A stretch of 64,000 bases of DNA, from positions 620,001 to 684,000 of the forward strand of contig NC_086097.1 of NCBI RefSeq assembly GCF_963921235.1. The letters are read 5' to 3'. Origin of the DNA: Mobula hypostoma. Lineage: Eukaryota. Position 1 is the stretch's first letter. Every line of letters begins with the position of its first letter. Positions 13,101 to 25,914 of this stretch are shown piece by piece. The position numbers and the translations under genes are program-made. The notes below the pieces were generated by a model. It was not told where the DNA came from. It saw only the letters and a list, made by a program, of their open reading frames with translations, and did no database searches.

Positions 13101-13405
13101 CAGCGCCTCTTCCCCAGGGCAGCACTGCTCAATAGAAGGGGACATGGCTTTAAGGTAAGGGGTGGGAAGTTTAAGGGGGATATTAGAGGTATGTTTTTTT
13201 ACTCAGAGAGTGGTTGGTGCGTGGAATACTCTGTCTGAGTCAGTGGTGGAGGCAGATACACTAGTGAAGTTTAACAGACTATTAGACAGGTATATGGAGG
13301 AATTTAAGGTGGGGTGTTGTATGGGAGGCAGGGTTTGAGGGTCGGCCCAACATTGTGGGCCGAAGGGCCTGTACTGTGCTGTACTATTCTATGTTCTATG
13401 TTCTA
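10186..13405 (+). mobile_element. CR1 LINE (copy B): ORF1 esterase C-terminus plus full decayed ORF2, same subfamily as copy A
   Basis: ORF1 end FLDHWDLFWGRWDLYRLDGLHLN..REGLN* (SGNH D-x-x-H block). ORF2 is colinear with 565-3540. Short duplication GAAG at the flanks. Confidence 0.92.
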
Positions 13406-14391
13406 TGAAGCAATAGAAAGGGTGCAGAGGAGATTTACAAGGATGTTGCCTGGATTGGGGAGTATGCCTTATGAGAATAGGTTGAGTGAACTCGTCCTTT
13501 TCTCCCTGGAGCGACGGAGGATAAGAGGTGACCTGATAGAGGTGTATAAGATGATGAGAGGCATTGATTGGGTGGTTAGTCAGAGGCTTTTTCCCAGGGC
13601 TGAAATGGCTAGCACAAGAGGGCACAGTTTTAAGGTGCTTGGAAGTAGGTACAGAGGAGATAACAGGGGTGAGTTTTTTATGCAGACTGTGCTGAGTGAG
13701 TGGAACGGCGACGGTGATGGCGACGGATATGAAAGGGTCTTTTAAGAGACTCCTGGACAGGTATATGGAGCTCAGAAAAATATTGGGCTATGGGTAACCC
13801 TAGGTAATTTCTCAGATAAGGACATGTTTGGCACAGCTTTGTGGCCAAAGGGGCTGTACTGTGCTGTAGGTTTTCTCTGTTTCTATGATCACACCAAGAG
13901 CACAACATGCAACGCTGAAGGAGGTGAAAAAGAACCCGAGTAACAGCAAAAGACCTGAATAAATCTCTAGAACTTGCTAAAATCTCTGTTCATGTGTCCA
14001 CTATAAAAAAACAATGAACAAGAATGGTGTTCATGGAAGGACACCACGAAGGAAACCACTGTTCTCCAAACATTGCTGCACATCTCAAAATATTACCTAG
14101 ATGTTCTGGAATGCTTTTGGGACAATATTCTGTGGACAGATGAGACAAAAGTTGAACTTTTCGGCAGAAATGCACATTGCTATGTCTGGACGACAAAGGA
14201 CACTGTACACTAACACCGAATCCTCACCCCAACTGTGAAGCATGGTGGAAGCAGCATCATGGTTTGGGGCTGCTGTGCTGCCTCAGAGCCTGGACTGCTT
14301 CCTCATTGTTGAGGGAACAAAGAATAAAAAATTGTATCAAGGCATTTTACAGGAAAATGTCAGGGTAGCAGTCCATCACCTGAAGCAGAAT

Positions 14392-14709
14392 AAAGTAAAG
14401 GCATCCGTTAGTCTCGTGAGACCATGGATCTGTGCCTGGAAAGTCTTCACTCTCCAGGGTGCAGGCCTGGGCAAGGTTGTATGGAAGACCAGCAGTTGCC
14501 CATGCTGCAAGTCTCCCCTCTCCACGACACCAATGTTGTCCAAGGGAAGAGCATTAGGACCCATACAGCTTGGCACCAGTGTCGTCGCAGGGCACTGTGT
14601 GATTAAGTGCCTTGCTCAAGGACACAACACGTTCCATCGGCTGGGGCTCGAACTCAGGACCTTCAGGTCGCTAGTCCAATGCCTTAAACACTTGGCCACG
14701 TGCCCACAC
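14392..14709 (-). mobile_element. tRNA-derived SINE with CORE-like domain and putative RTE-like tail, inserted in Tc1
   Basis: Minus strand begins gtgggcacgTGGCCAAGTGtttaagg (A box), then GAGTTCGAGCC (B box), then gtgtccttgagcaaggcacttaa (CORE-like). GAATA is duplicated at the flanks. Confidence 0.7.
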
Positions 14710-14862
14710 TGAATAGAAGTTATATAATAGAACAAGACAATGATCTGAAAGACAAGAGTAAATCAACAACAAAATGGTTTAAAAAGAAGAAAATTCATAT
14801 TTTGGAATGGACAGTCAATGTCCTGTTCTTAATACCGTAGAAATGTTGTGGAACGACCTCAA

Positions 14863-17800
14863 CAATAAGTACTCCATTTTGAGCACTGTTAGAGGGGACG
14901 ACATACAGTAGCTGAGCCTCTGGCACTGAGTCTGGGCCTGTGGCTCAGGTAAGTAGGGAACTGAGGAGGATGCAAGCAGTAACAGGTGACTCTATAGTCA
15001 GAGGACAGATAGGTGATTCTGTGGATGCAAAATAGGAAACACCCAGGTGCCAGAATTCAAGATGTTTCTGGACACGTGCACAATATCCTGAAAAAGGATG
15101 GTGAGTCGCCAGAAGTTGTGGTACATATTAATATCAATGAGATAGGAAGAAAAAGGGAGGAAGTACTGAAAAAAGAATGCAGTGAATTAGGAAGGAAGCT
15201 GAGAATCAGGACCTCAAAGGTAGTAATCTCAAGACTGCTGCCTATGCCATGCCACAGTGAGGGTAGGAATAGAATGAGATGGCAGATAAATGCGTGGCTG
15301 AAAAATTGGAGCAGGGGACAGGGATTCAGATTTCTGGATAATCGGGAGGTCATCTGGGGCAGGTGGGACCTGTACATAAAGGATGGGTTGTAATTGAAAC
15401 CAAGGTGGACCAATTTTCTTGTGGGCAGACTTAGTAGAGCTGTTGGGAGTGGTTTAATCTAATATGGCAGGGGATAAGAACCCGTATGATAGAGCTGAGG
15501 ATGAGACAGCAGATTTACAAGCAGATGATGGATGTAACATTAATGTAAGGAAGGTTAAACCAATGATTGTGTACAAATGCAGACAGCTAAATTGTACCAC
15601 AGAGGCAAAATTCAAAAGGGCAAAGAATGCAGGGCTGAAGGTGTTGTATTTAAATGTACGTAGGTTTCAGATTAAAGTGGAACTCGTGGCGCAATTAGAG
15701 GTTGGTCGGTATGACTATGTGGGCATCACTGAGTCGTGGCTGAAAGAAGGCCATAGTTTGGAGCTTAACATCACAGGATATACTTCATCGAAAAGAACAG
15801 CAGGAAGGCATAAACTGTGGTGTGGCTGTGTTGATAAGAGATGAAATTACATTTTTAGAAAGAGGTGACATAGGGTCAGAGAATGTTGAATGTTTGTGGA
15901 TGGAGTTAAGAAATTGCAAGGGTAATAAACCCATTATGGGAATCATATATAGGCCTCAAAATAGTAGCCAAGATTGAGATTGCAAAGGGAGCTGGAAAAG
16001 GCATGTAATAAGGGTAATGACACAATTGTAATGGGGGACTTCAACATGCAAGGGGATTGGGAAAATCAGATTGGTGTTGGATTGCAAGAGAGGGAATTTG
16101 TTGAATGCCTACAAGGTGGCTTTTTAGAGTAGCTTGTGCTTGAGCCAACTAGAGGAAAAGCTATCTTAGATTGGGTGTTGTGTAATAACCCAGACCTTAA
16201 CAGGGGGTTTAACATAAAGGAGCCCTTAGGAGACAGTAATCATAATATGATTGAATTGATACTGCAATTTGAGCAGGATCGCAATGGAATACAGGGACTC
16301 ACAAAGGGATGAGATAGGAGCTTGCTCAGGTGGATTGGACGAGGATACTGTCAGGGATGACGGCACAGCAGAGATGGCTGAAGTTTCTGGGAATGTCCCA
16401 CAGAGGAAGAAGTTCTCAAATGGTAGGGGTAGGGAACTGTGGCTGACACAAGATGTTAAGGACTGCATAAAAGTCAAGGAAAGGGCATAAAAGGTAGCAA
16501 AAGTGAGTGGGAAGGTTTTAAAATCCAACAAACAGCAACTAAGGAGGCTATAAGAAGGGAAAAGATGAAATATGAGGGCAGACTAGCCAATAATATAAAG
16601 CAGGATATCAAAAGTTTTTTTCAGTTATCTCAAGAGTGAAAAGGAGGTGAGAGTTGATATTAGACCACTGGAAAATGATGCTGGTGAGGTAGAAATGGAG
16701 GACAAAGAAATGGCATGTAAACTTAATGGGTAACTTGCATCTGTTTCACTGTGGAAGACACTAGCAGTGTGCCAGAGGTCTGTGAGTGTCCGGGAGCAGG
16801 GAAGCCTGCCACTGTTATTACAAAGGAAAAAGTGCTAGGCAAACTCAAAGATCTTAAGGAGGATAAGTCACCTGGACCAGATGGACTACATCCCAGAGTC
16901 CTCAGAGTGGTTCCTGAAGAGGTAACAGATGCATTGGTTGTGATCTCTCAAGAATCACTTGATTCTGACATGGTCCCAGATGACAGGAAGATTGCAAATA
17001 TCACACGACTCTTTAAGGGAGGAAGGCAAAAGAAAGGAAAGTATTAGCCAGTCAGCCTAGCCTCAGTGGGTGAGAAAAGTGTTGGAGTCTATTATCAAGG
17101 ATGAGATTTCAAGGTACTTGGAGACCAATGATAAAATAAGTCAAGGTCAGCATGGATTTTGTAAAGGGAAATTTTGCCTGACAAATCTGTGAAGAATTCT
17201 TTAAGGAAGTAACAAGCAGGATGGACAAAGGAGAGGCAGCGGATGTCATTTACTTGGATTTTCAGAAGGCGTTTGATAAGGTGCCCACATGACGCTGCTT
17301 AACAAGATAAAATCCTATCTTAGATACTGGCATGGATAGAGGATTGGCTGACAGGCAGGAGGCAGTGAGTGGGAATAAAAGAGGCCATTTCTGGTTGGCT
17401 GTTGGTGACTAGTGGTGTTCCTCAGGGGTCAGTATTGGGACCGCTACTTTTCACATTGTCAATGATTTAGATAATGGAATTGATGGCTTTGAGGCAAAGT
17501 TTACAGATAATACTTAGATAGGTGGAGGGGTAGGTAGTGCTAAGGAAGCAATGCAATTGCAGCAGGACTTAGACAAATTGGCAGAATGGGCAAAAAAGTG
17601 GCAGATGGGAAACAGTGTTGGGAAATGTATGATAAAGTATATTGATAAAAGGAAAAATAGTGCAGACTATTATCTAAGTGAGGAGAAGGTGCAAACATCA
17701 GAAGTGCAGAGGTACTTAGGAGTCCTTGTGCGAGTCAAGAAGGTTAATTTACAGGTTAAGTCTGTGGTAAAGAAGGCAAATACATTGTTGGCATTTATTT

Positions 17801-19797
17801 CAAGGGTAATAAATTTAAGAAGGGTGGGAGGCAGCAGAAAGGAAACTATAGACCTGTTAGCCTGGCATCAGTGGTTGGGAAGTTGTTGGAATTGATTGTT
17901 AAGGATGAGATTACAGAGTACCTGGAGGCACATGACAAGATAGGCCAAAGCCAGCATGGTTTCCTGAAAGGAAAATCCTGCCTGACAAACCTACTGTAAT
18001 TCTTTGAGGAAATTACGAGCAGGGTAGACAAAGGAAATGTAGTAGATGTGGTGTACTTGGATTTTCAGAAGGCCTTTTACAAGGTGCCGCACATGAGGCT
18101 GCTCAGCAAGATAAGATCCCATGGAATTACAGGGAAGTTACTAGTGTGGGTGGAGCATTGGCGGATCGACAGAAAACAGGAAGTGGGAATAAAGGGATCC
18201 TATTCTGGCTGGCTGCTGGTTACCAGTGGAGTTCCACTTCAGTTGGTGTTGGGATCACTGGTTTTTACGATGTATGTCAATGATCTGGACTATGGGATTT
18301 GCTGATGATACAAAGATAGGTGGAGGAGTGGGTAGTGTTGAGGAAACAGAGAGCCTGCAGAGAGACTTAGATAGTTTAAGGGAATGGGCAAAGAAGTGAC
18401 AAATGAAATACAATACAATACAGTGGTCATGCACTTTGGTGGAAGAAATAAATGGGCAGACTATTATTTAGATGGGGAGAGAATTCAAAATGCAGAGATG
18501 CAAAGGGACTTGGGAGTCCACGTGCAGGATACCCTAGAGGTTAACCTCCAGGTTGAGTTGGTGATGAAGAAGGTGAATGTAATATTGGCATTCATTTCTA
18601 GAGGTACAGAATATAAGAGCAGGGATGTGATGTCAAGGCACACCTGGAGTATTGTGTGCAGTTTTGGGCTCCTTATTTTAGAAAGGATATACTAACATTG
18701 AAGAGGGTTCAGAGAAGATTCGCAAGAATGATTCCAGGAATGAAAGAGTTACTGTATGAGGAATGTCTGGCAGCTCTTGGGCTGTATTCCTCGGAGTTCA
18801 GGAGAATGAGGGGGGATCTCATAGAAACATTCCAAATGCTAAAAGGCCTGAACAGATTAGATATGGAAAGTTATTTCCCATGGTAGGGGAGCCTAGGACA
18901 AGAGGGCATGACTTCTGGATTGAAGGATGTCCAGTTAGAACAGACATACCGAGAAATTACTTTAGTCAGAGGTGGTAAACCTGTGGAATTTGTTCCCACG
19001 AGAGGCTGTGGAGGCGAAATCATTGGGTGTATTTATGGCAGAGATAGATTAGGTTCTTGATTAGCCAGGGCATCGAAGGGTATGGGGAGAAGTCAGGGAG
19101 TGGGGATGACTGGAAGAATTGGATCAGCCCATGATTGAATGGCGGAGCAGACTCAATGACCGAATGGCCTACTTCTGCTCCTGTATCTTACGGTCTTATG
19201 GAATATAATATAAAAGCAAGAAGATAATGCTGATCCTTTATAAGACACTAGTTAGGCCACACTTGGAGTATTGTCAACTGTTTTGCACCCGTATCTTAGA
19301 AAGGATGTGTTGTCATTGGAGAGAGGTTTATGAGGATGATTCCAGGAACGAAGGGAGTTACCATCTGAGGAGCATTTTGGCATTTTAGGCCTATAATCAC
19401 TGGAATTTAGAAGAATATGGGGAGATCTCATTGAAGCCTACCGAATTTGAAAGGACTAGATAAGGTGGATGTTTCCTATGGTGGGGGTATTTAGAACTAG
19501 AGGGCATAGCCTTAAAATTGAGGGGCAACCCTTCAGACCAGAGGTAAAGATGAATTTATTTAGCCAGGGAGTAATACATCTGTGGAATTCTCTGACATAG
19601 ACTGTAGTGGAGGCCAAGTCCGTGCATACATTTAAGGCGGAAGTTGATAGGTTTCCCGATCGGTCAGGGCATCAAGGGATATGGCAAGAAGGCAGGTGTA
19701 TGGGGTTGAGTGGGATCCAGGATCAGCCATGATGGAATAGTCGAGTAGACTCGGTGGACTGAATGGCCTAATTCTGCTCCTATGTCTTATGGTCTTG
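14863..19797 (+). mobile_element. Old CR1 LINE (ORF1 esterase to 3' end) with a nested 5'-truncated CR1 at about 17811-19200
   Basis: ORF1 PGARIQDVS..VVVHI..N.IG; APE LKVLYLNVR; RT fragments. Two 3' tails (about 19140-19200 and 19740-19797). Confidence 0.85.
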
Positions 19798-20158
19798 GCA
19801 GTTCAACCCACCAATATCCTAGAGTTGAAGCAGTTTTGTAAGGAAACATTTGGTTGAAGTTATTGCTGTACAAGGGGTCCCACCAGTTACTGAAAGCAAA
19901 GGTTCACATACATTTTTCCAACAAATAATAGAACATAGACCTTCTACAGCACAATATAGGTCCTCCACAATACTGTGCCAAATATGTACTTGCCAGTATT
20001 GAATTATTTTTCTCAATAAATAAATGAATAAGTATAAAAGAATAAGTTTTGTGTTACTTATTTAATTGGGTTCTCTTTCTAGTTTTAGGACGCGTGAAGA
20101 TCTGATTACATTTTAGAGAAAATTCTACAGGGTTCACAAACTTTCTAGCACCACAGTA

Positions 20159-21560
20159 ATACGATTAACATGGTCATCCCTTTCTTATTCTTTAGTTCCA
20201 TCCATAACACCTCAGAGGAAGAGCTCTGCACTTTGTCTTGACTTAATGCTGCTGTAACATTTTCCTTGACTCGTAATGCCACCCCTCCTTCGTTATTCCC
20301 TCCCGCTCTACTGCATCTAAAACAATGGAAACCCAGTTCATTAAGCTTCCAGTCCTGCCTCTCCTGCAACCAAGTCTCACCAATGGCTACAATGGCATTA
20401 TTCCATGTAGGCTTAAAAACATATTTCTCCACAAGCACTCCACTATCTGCTTTAGCACTCTGGTTCCCATCTCCTTGCAACTTTGGTCTAACACCCCCCA
20501 CCCCCAAAACAGCATTAGCAAATCTTCCTGCTAAGATATTAGTTCCCTTCCAGTTCAGGTGCAAACCATCTCTTCTATACAGGTCCCAGCTTCCCTGGAT
20601 GGGAGCCGAATGATCCACAAATCTGAAGACCTCCCTTCTGCATCAACTCCTTAGTCACATGTTAAACTGTATGATCTTCCTATTTCTGGCCTCACCAGCA
20701 CATAGCATGGGTAGCAATCCCGAGATCATAACCCTGGTGGTCCTGTCCTTTAACTTAGAACCTAATTCCCTGAACTCACTTGGCAGGACCACATTACCTA
20801 TCCTACCTATGTCATTGGTACCAACATGGACTACGACCTCTGGCTACTCACTCTCCCATGTAAGAATCCTGTGGACTCAATGAAGATGTCCCTGACCCTG
20901 GCATCTGGGATGCAACAAGCTGTCTGGGAATCTCGTTCTTATCCACGTCAACACACACAAAATGCTGCAGGAACTCAGCAGGCCAGGCAGCATCTATGGA
21001 AAAGAGTAAACAGTTGACGTTTCAGGTCGAGACCCTTCTTCAGGATACCTCCTGTTTCCCTTGTGCATAGAACCTCCTTTCTGTTCCTCTAACCAATGAA
21101 TCCCCTATCACTACAGCTCACCTCTTCTCCCCCTCCCCTTCCCTTCTGAGCCACAGAGCCAGACTCAGGGCCAGAGGCCTGCATGCTGTGGCTTCTCCCA
21201 GTTAGGTCCCTCAAAAGTATCCAATGCGGTATATTTATTATTGAGGAGCCTAGCCACAGAGTACTGTGCACTGGCCGCCTATTCCCTTTCCCTCTTCCGT
21301 CAGTCACCCAGGTACCTGCCTCCTGCAACTTAGGGGTGACTACATCCCTGTAGCTCCTATCTATCACCTCCAAATTTTCCTGTAGGAAACAAAGGTCATT
21401 GTGCTACAGCACCAGGTATTTAACACGGTCCCTAAGGAGCTGTAGTACGGTGTACTGGTAGATATAGTTATCAGGGAGACTGGAGGTCTGCCAAAGTTCC
21501 CACATCCCACACGAGGCACATACCACTAACTCTGGATCCATTCTCAGCACATTAGAAATG
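20159..21560 (-). mobile_element. Highly decayed CR1 (ORF1 esterase/APE region)
   Basis: Minus-strand ORF 20145-20618 includes WDLYRRDGLHLNWKGTNILAGRFA and IVAIGETWL...GGVAL. Confidence 0.75.
21011..21045 (-). ncRNA. Minimal hammerhead motif in a short Penelope-derived insertion (about 20949-21045)
   Basis: Minus strand TC CTGAAGA AGGGTCTCGACCT GAAAC GTC AACTG. The 5' arm of helix I is truncated. Confidence 0.6.
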
Positions 21561-21932
21561 AGAGGCAAGCTGTAATATGAGATTTCCTACATTATATTCT
21601 TTACTGATGATGCCTTATTACAGGTCAATAAGCTGATTGAAGACAGCACATACTGCAAAATCTGCTGCTGTTGTCTGAGAGATTCTTCACTCATTAATTA
21701 TCAACATGAAAGTTTACAGTTGAGTAACCAAGGGAAAGGCGTGCTACGTATAAATTTAGCTATAGTGTAAGGATAGAGTGACCTAGTCCTGTTTCTATTG
21801 CTTATGATACTAACAGAACTCACAGGTACAATAATAATGCTGAGGAAGAGTGTGGATATGTTAAACACTTTTCTACTGTCATTTACTTGGTTACTGATAA
21901 CCTAAATTTCAGACCTTCTGAGAATGACTCAC

Positions 21933-22055
21933 CAGATAATATCGCTGAGCCCAGGGGCATAGCGAACATCCCATCTGTAAGACTTAACGATAGTTGTAAC
22001 GCTGGACTGTTGCAACCGATTCCGGCACTTACTATGCTGGTAATCCTTCATGATC
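21933..22055 (-). CDS. TMEM63C: TMEM63C internal exon, 123 nt, symmetric phase 2-2
   Basis: ttttctag|G ATC ATG AAG...ATT ATC TG|gtgagt translates to IMKDYQHSKCRNRLQQSSVTTIVKSYRWDVRYAPGLSDII(W). It completes GTG with the upstream exon and TGG with the downstream exon. It is not in the ORF track. Confidence 0.92.
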
Positions 22056-22103
22056 CTAGAAAAGTAACGATACACAAACAAAAACAAATGTGTGATAGAT
22101 AGG

Positions 22104-22130
22104 TTCCGGTGACGTCATCGTCCAGAATGG
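22104..22130 (+). promoter_or_regulatory. Putative L1 internal promoter motifs (ETS-like TTCCGG, CRE TGACGTCA, YY1-like AATGGC)
   Basis: TTCCGG at 22104-22109 abuts a perfect TGACGTCA at 22110-22117 at the start of the L1 5'UTR. Function is inferred only. Confidence 0.4.
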
Positions 22131-22932
22131 CAGCTTAAATCAACAGCTCCTCCAGAAAAACATATATTTTGCCCCATTAATCCACCAAGTATAAGATCTT
22201 CCGAAAATATCTGAATTGATAAGGGGGACAAGAATGGGGAAAAAGAATGGAGATTAAAAAAGCATCACTGTGGAGCCTATGGAAGAGAGAGGTGCAACGA
22301 GCAGCTCTCCTACACGTGCGCGTGGCGGCGAGGCTGACACGGGGCCTCGTTCAGGCGAAGCGGTAAATATGATAAGGATTTTGGAAGAGATAAGGGAAGT
22401 CCAAAAAGATATAAAACAGCAACTCAATGATATCAAGTCAGAGCTCGCCAACGTCAATCAGAAAATAGTGGTGGCAGAGACTCGAATTGAGAAGGTGGAA
22501 GATCGCGTGCAAAACGTGGAACAGATACGAAGTAAAACGATAAAAATCAACAGGAAAGTACATTGCTTGACCAGGAGGGAAGATCGCGACGGAAAAATAT
22601 CAGGATTTGTAATGTTCCCGAAGGAGCGGAGGGATTGTCGATGATGGAGTGTGTAGAAAAGCTGCTGCGGGAAGCGCTGGAGAATCCCCCGACTATGGAG
22701 ATTGAAATTGAGAGGGCGCATCGTGCACTCATCCCGAGGCCTCCCGGAGACAGAGAAAGTAAGCCGCGCTCAATAGTACTGAGACTCCTTCGATTCAAGC
22801 GCAAGGCGGAGATTCTACGAAGGGCCTGGGGTAAGAAGAGGGTGATTTGGAACGGGAAGTTAATATATTTCGATCATGATTACAGCTCGGCGGTCCTACA
22901 GAAACGGAAGGAATATTCCAAAGTCAAACGAA

Positions 22933-24370
22933 CTTTTTAAAAAAGGAGGGAGAGAGAAACCGGGGAATTATAGACCGGTTAGCCTAACGTCGGTGGTGGG
23001 GAAACTGCTGGAGTCAGTTATCAAGGATGTGATAACAGCACATTTGGAAAGCGGTGAAATGATCGGACAAAGTCAGCATGGATTTGTGAAAGGAAAATCA
23101 TGTCTGACGAATCTCATAGAATTTTTTGAGGATGTAACTAGTAGAGTGGATAGGGGAGAACCAGTGGATGTGGTATATTTGGATTTTCAAAAGGCTTTTG
23201 ACAAGGTCCCACACAGGAGATTAGTGTGCAAACTTAAAGCACACGGTATTGTGGGTAAGGTATTGATGTGGATGGAGAATTGGTTAGCAGACAGGAAGCA
23301 AAGAGTGGGAATAAACGGGACCTTTTCAGAATGGCAGGCGGTGACTAGTGGGGTACCGCAAGGCTCAGTGCTGGGACCCCAGTTGTTTACAATATATATT
23401 AATGACTTGGATGAGGGAATTAAATGCAGCATCTCCAAGTTTGCGGATGACACGAAGCTGGGTGGCAGTGTTAGCAGTGAGGAGGATGCTAAGAGGATGC
23501 AGGGTGACTTGGATAGGTTGGGTGAGTGGGCAAACTCATGGCAGATGCAATTTAATGTGGATAAATGTGAAGTTATCCACTTTGGTGGCAAAAATAGGAA
23601 AACAGATTATTATCTGAATGGTGGCCGATTAGGAAAAGGGGAGGTGCAACGAGACCTGGGTGTCATTATACACCAGTCATTGAAAGTGGGCATGCAGGTA
23701 CAGCAGGCGGTGAAAAAGGCGAATGGTATGCTGGCATTTATAGCGAGAGGATTCGAGTACAGGAGCAGAGAGGTACTACTGCAGTTGTACAAGGCCTTGG
23801 TGAGACCACACCTGGAGTATTGTGTGCAGTTTTGGTCCCCTAATCTGAGGAAAGACATCCTTGCCATAGAGGGAGTACAAAGAAGGTTCACCAGATTGAT
23901 TCCTGGGATGGCAGGACTTTCATATGAAGAAAGACTGGATGAACTGGGCTTGTACTCGTTAGAATTTAGAAGATTGAGGGGGGATCTGATTGAAACGTAT
24001 AAGATCCTAAAGGGATTGGACAGGCTAGATGCAGGAAGATTGTTCCCGATGTTGGGGAAGTCCAGAACGAGGGGTCACAGTTTGAGGATAGAAGGGAAGC
24101 CTTTTAGGACCGAGATTAGGAAAAACTTCTTCACACAGAGAGTGGTGAATCTGTGGAATTCTCTGCCACAGGAAACTGTTGAGGCCAGTTCATTGGCTAT
24201 GTTTAAGAGGGAGTTAGATATGGCCCTTGTGGCTACAGGGGTCAGGGGGTATGGAGGGAAGGCTGGGGCGGGGTTCTGAGTTGGATGATCAGCCATGATC
24301 ATAATAAATGGCGGTGCAGGCTCGAAGGGCCGAATGGCCTACTCCTGCACCTATTTTCTATGTTTCTATG
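22933..24370 (+). mobile_element. Young 5'-truncated CR1 inserted in L1 ORF1
   Basis: Uninterrupted frame from FKKGGREKPGNYRP to the stop at 24279, with intact FADDTK. L1 ORF1 resumes at about 24371. Confidence 0.93.
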
Positions 24371-24826
24371 AAAATTAAAGCCAGGAAAGATTAAATTCCA
24401 AACCTCATACCCTGCTAAACTGAGAGTATTTTACGAAGGAGAGATACAGCTATATCAGACAGTGGAAGAGGCGACTACAGACATGAAAACAGAGGACTGC
24501 CTATTAGCATGGTCAAACCAAGGAAAAGTCTAGCTGAGCAGTTATCCCGATCTGCTGGGGAAATAGTAAGAGAACTGAGAAAGCAGGGGACGGGAGGAGG
24601 ATGAGAGAAGGATATTAGAAAGAGACTGTGAGTTCTCTGAAGACAGCCCTCACCTCCTCCAGAAGAGCCACAAGGTTTGGCTAACTTTAAAAGTGCTGAT
24701 AAACTAAACGGAAACAAAAATAGACAGTGATATACCTATCTCAAGAAATACGTATTATAATGTGGATTTTGTATTACTCATTTTTTTTATTCATTCACTC
24801 ACTCCTTTTTCCCCACCTAAGTGAGA

Positions 24827-24859
<33 letters not shown>

Positions 24860-25914
24860 TATAAATAAATAAAAATCTATTTTTACTTACTTTTATAGGT
24901 ACTGCAGCGGGGGCCCTCAACTCACAGGTAGGAGGGGCTATCCCCCACGGCTAGACGTTTCCTCTAGCTCAACCCAGGGTCATCTGGAGACCCCAGCATG
25001 AATCACACCTTCGTTACCTTTTTTTTAATTTACGTTTCTTGGTTCTTATTTGTTCAGGGAGTAGATCGATTAAGTTGTATTCTGCAAAGTTCATTGATAT
25101 ACTAACAGATAAATACACATGGCTAAGTAAAATTCATTTCTTTTAATGTCAATGGGCTGTTAAATCCAATCAAACGCAGTAGAATTCTATCCAAAATGGA
25201 AAAAAAGAACAAGCCCATGTAGTATATTTACAGGAAACTCACTTAAGTGATAATGAGCATGGAAAATTAAAGAGAATGGGCTTCACTAATTTGTTTTTCT
25301 CCTCATATAAATCAGGACATAGAAGAGGAGTTGCTATTCTCATCTCAAGTAAGCTAAATTTTGAAAAAGTATTCGCAATGGGAGATAAGGAGGGCAGATA
25401 TATTCTGGTAAGGGGGAATATAGATGGAAATCCAGTTACTTTATTGAATATATACGCACCCCCAGGAAGTGATATTTGTTTCTTCAAGAAAATTACTAAT
25501 ATTATGGTAACGGAAACAGAAGGTCTCTTGATATGTGGGGGAGACTTAAATTTACAATTACAACCAAAGTTAGACTCTTCCAATAGAAAAGCTTATGAAA
25601 CAGAGTCCTTACATAAGAAACTCTTTTTGAGGATGTTGGTCTAAATGATATATGGAGGGACCTTCTCCCCGACAGAAGGGATTACACTCATTATTCTGCC
25701 CCCCATTCCGTATATACAAGAATAGACTATTTCATAACAGCTGGAATAAACAAAGACAAAATAAACACCTGTGGAATTGGGACAATAGATGTAAGTGACC
25801 ATGCACCTATATATTTATCTGTTGATTTTGACCTACAACCAAAGAATACTAATTGGAAACTAAATTCAAGTCGACTCAATGATTCCTATTTCAAGGAACA
25901 AATTAAAAAAGAAA

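Larger units (their letters stand above)
6812..13885 (+). mobile_element. CR1 LINE ORF2 (6812-7052, 8115-10185, 13406-13885) inserted in Tc1 and itself twice interrupted
   Basis: APE and RT reading frames resume across both gaps (aggaacaggaag|gggtcaataact; ggatgtggaag|caatagaaagggtg). 3' tail at about 13830-13885. Confidence 0.85.
6350..20158 (+). mobile_element. Tc1/mariner DNA transposon split into four pieces (about 6350-6811, 13886-14390, 14710-14862, 19798-20158)
   Basis: Transposase pieces occur in order: MPQSKQLS..GKGYKSISK..STVREIVNKWRK (6630-6810); ITPRAQ..EVKKNP; ILWTDETKVELFG; TVKHGGSSIMVWG; QDND; EMLWNDL. The right TIR ends ggttcacaaactttctagcaccacagTA. Positions 6350-6460 are the reverse complement of the inner right TIR. 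Confidence 0.85.

Noticed and set aside
14625..14705. tRNA gene
   Set aside because: It has A/B boxes but continues into a SINE body and tail and is inserted in Tc1. It is a SINE head.
20475..20505. Sixth CR1 ORF1/ORF2 junction
   Set aside because: Too decayed (GTTAGACCA where TTTAAACTA is expected) to count for or against the frameshift model.
22876..24279. 467-aa ORF as a novel L1-CR1 fusion gene
   Set aside because: The first ~19 codons are out-of-frame L1 ORF1 sequence that happens to be open into a 5'-truncated CR1 RT.
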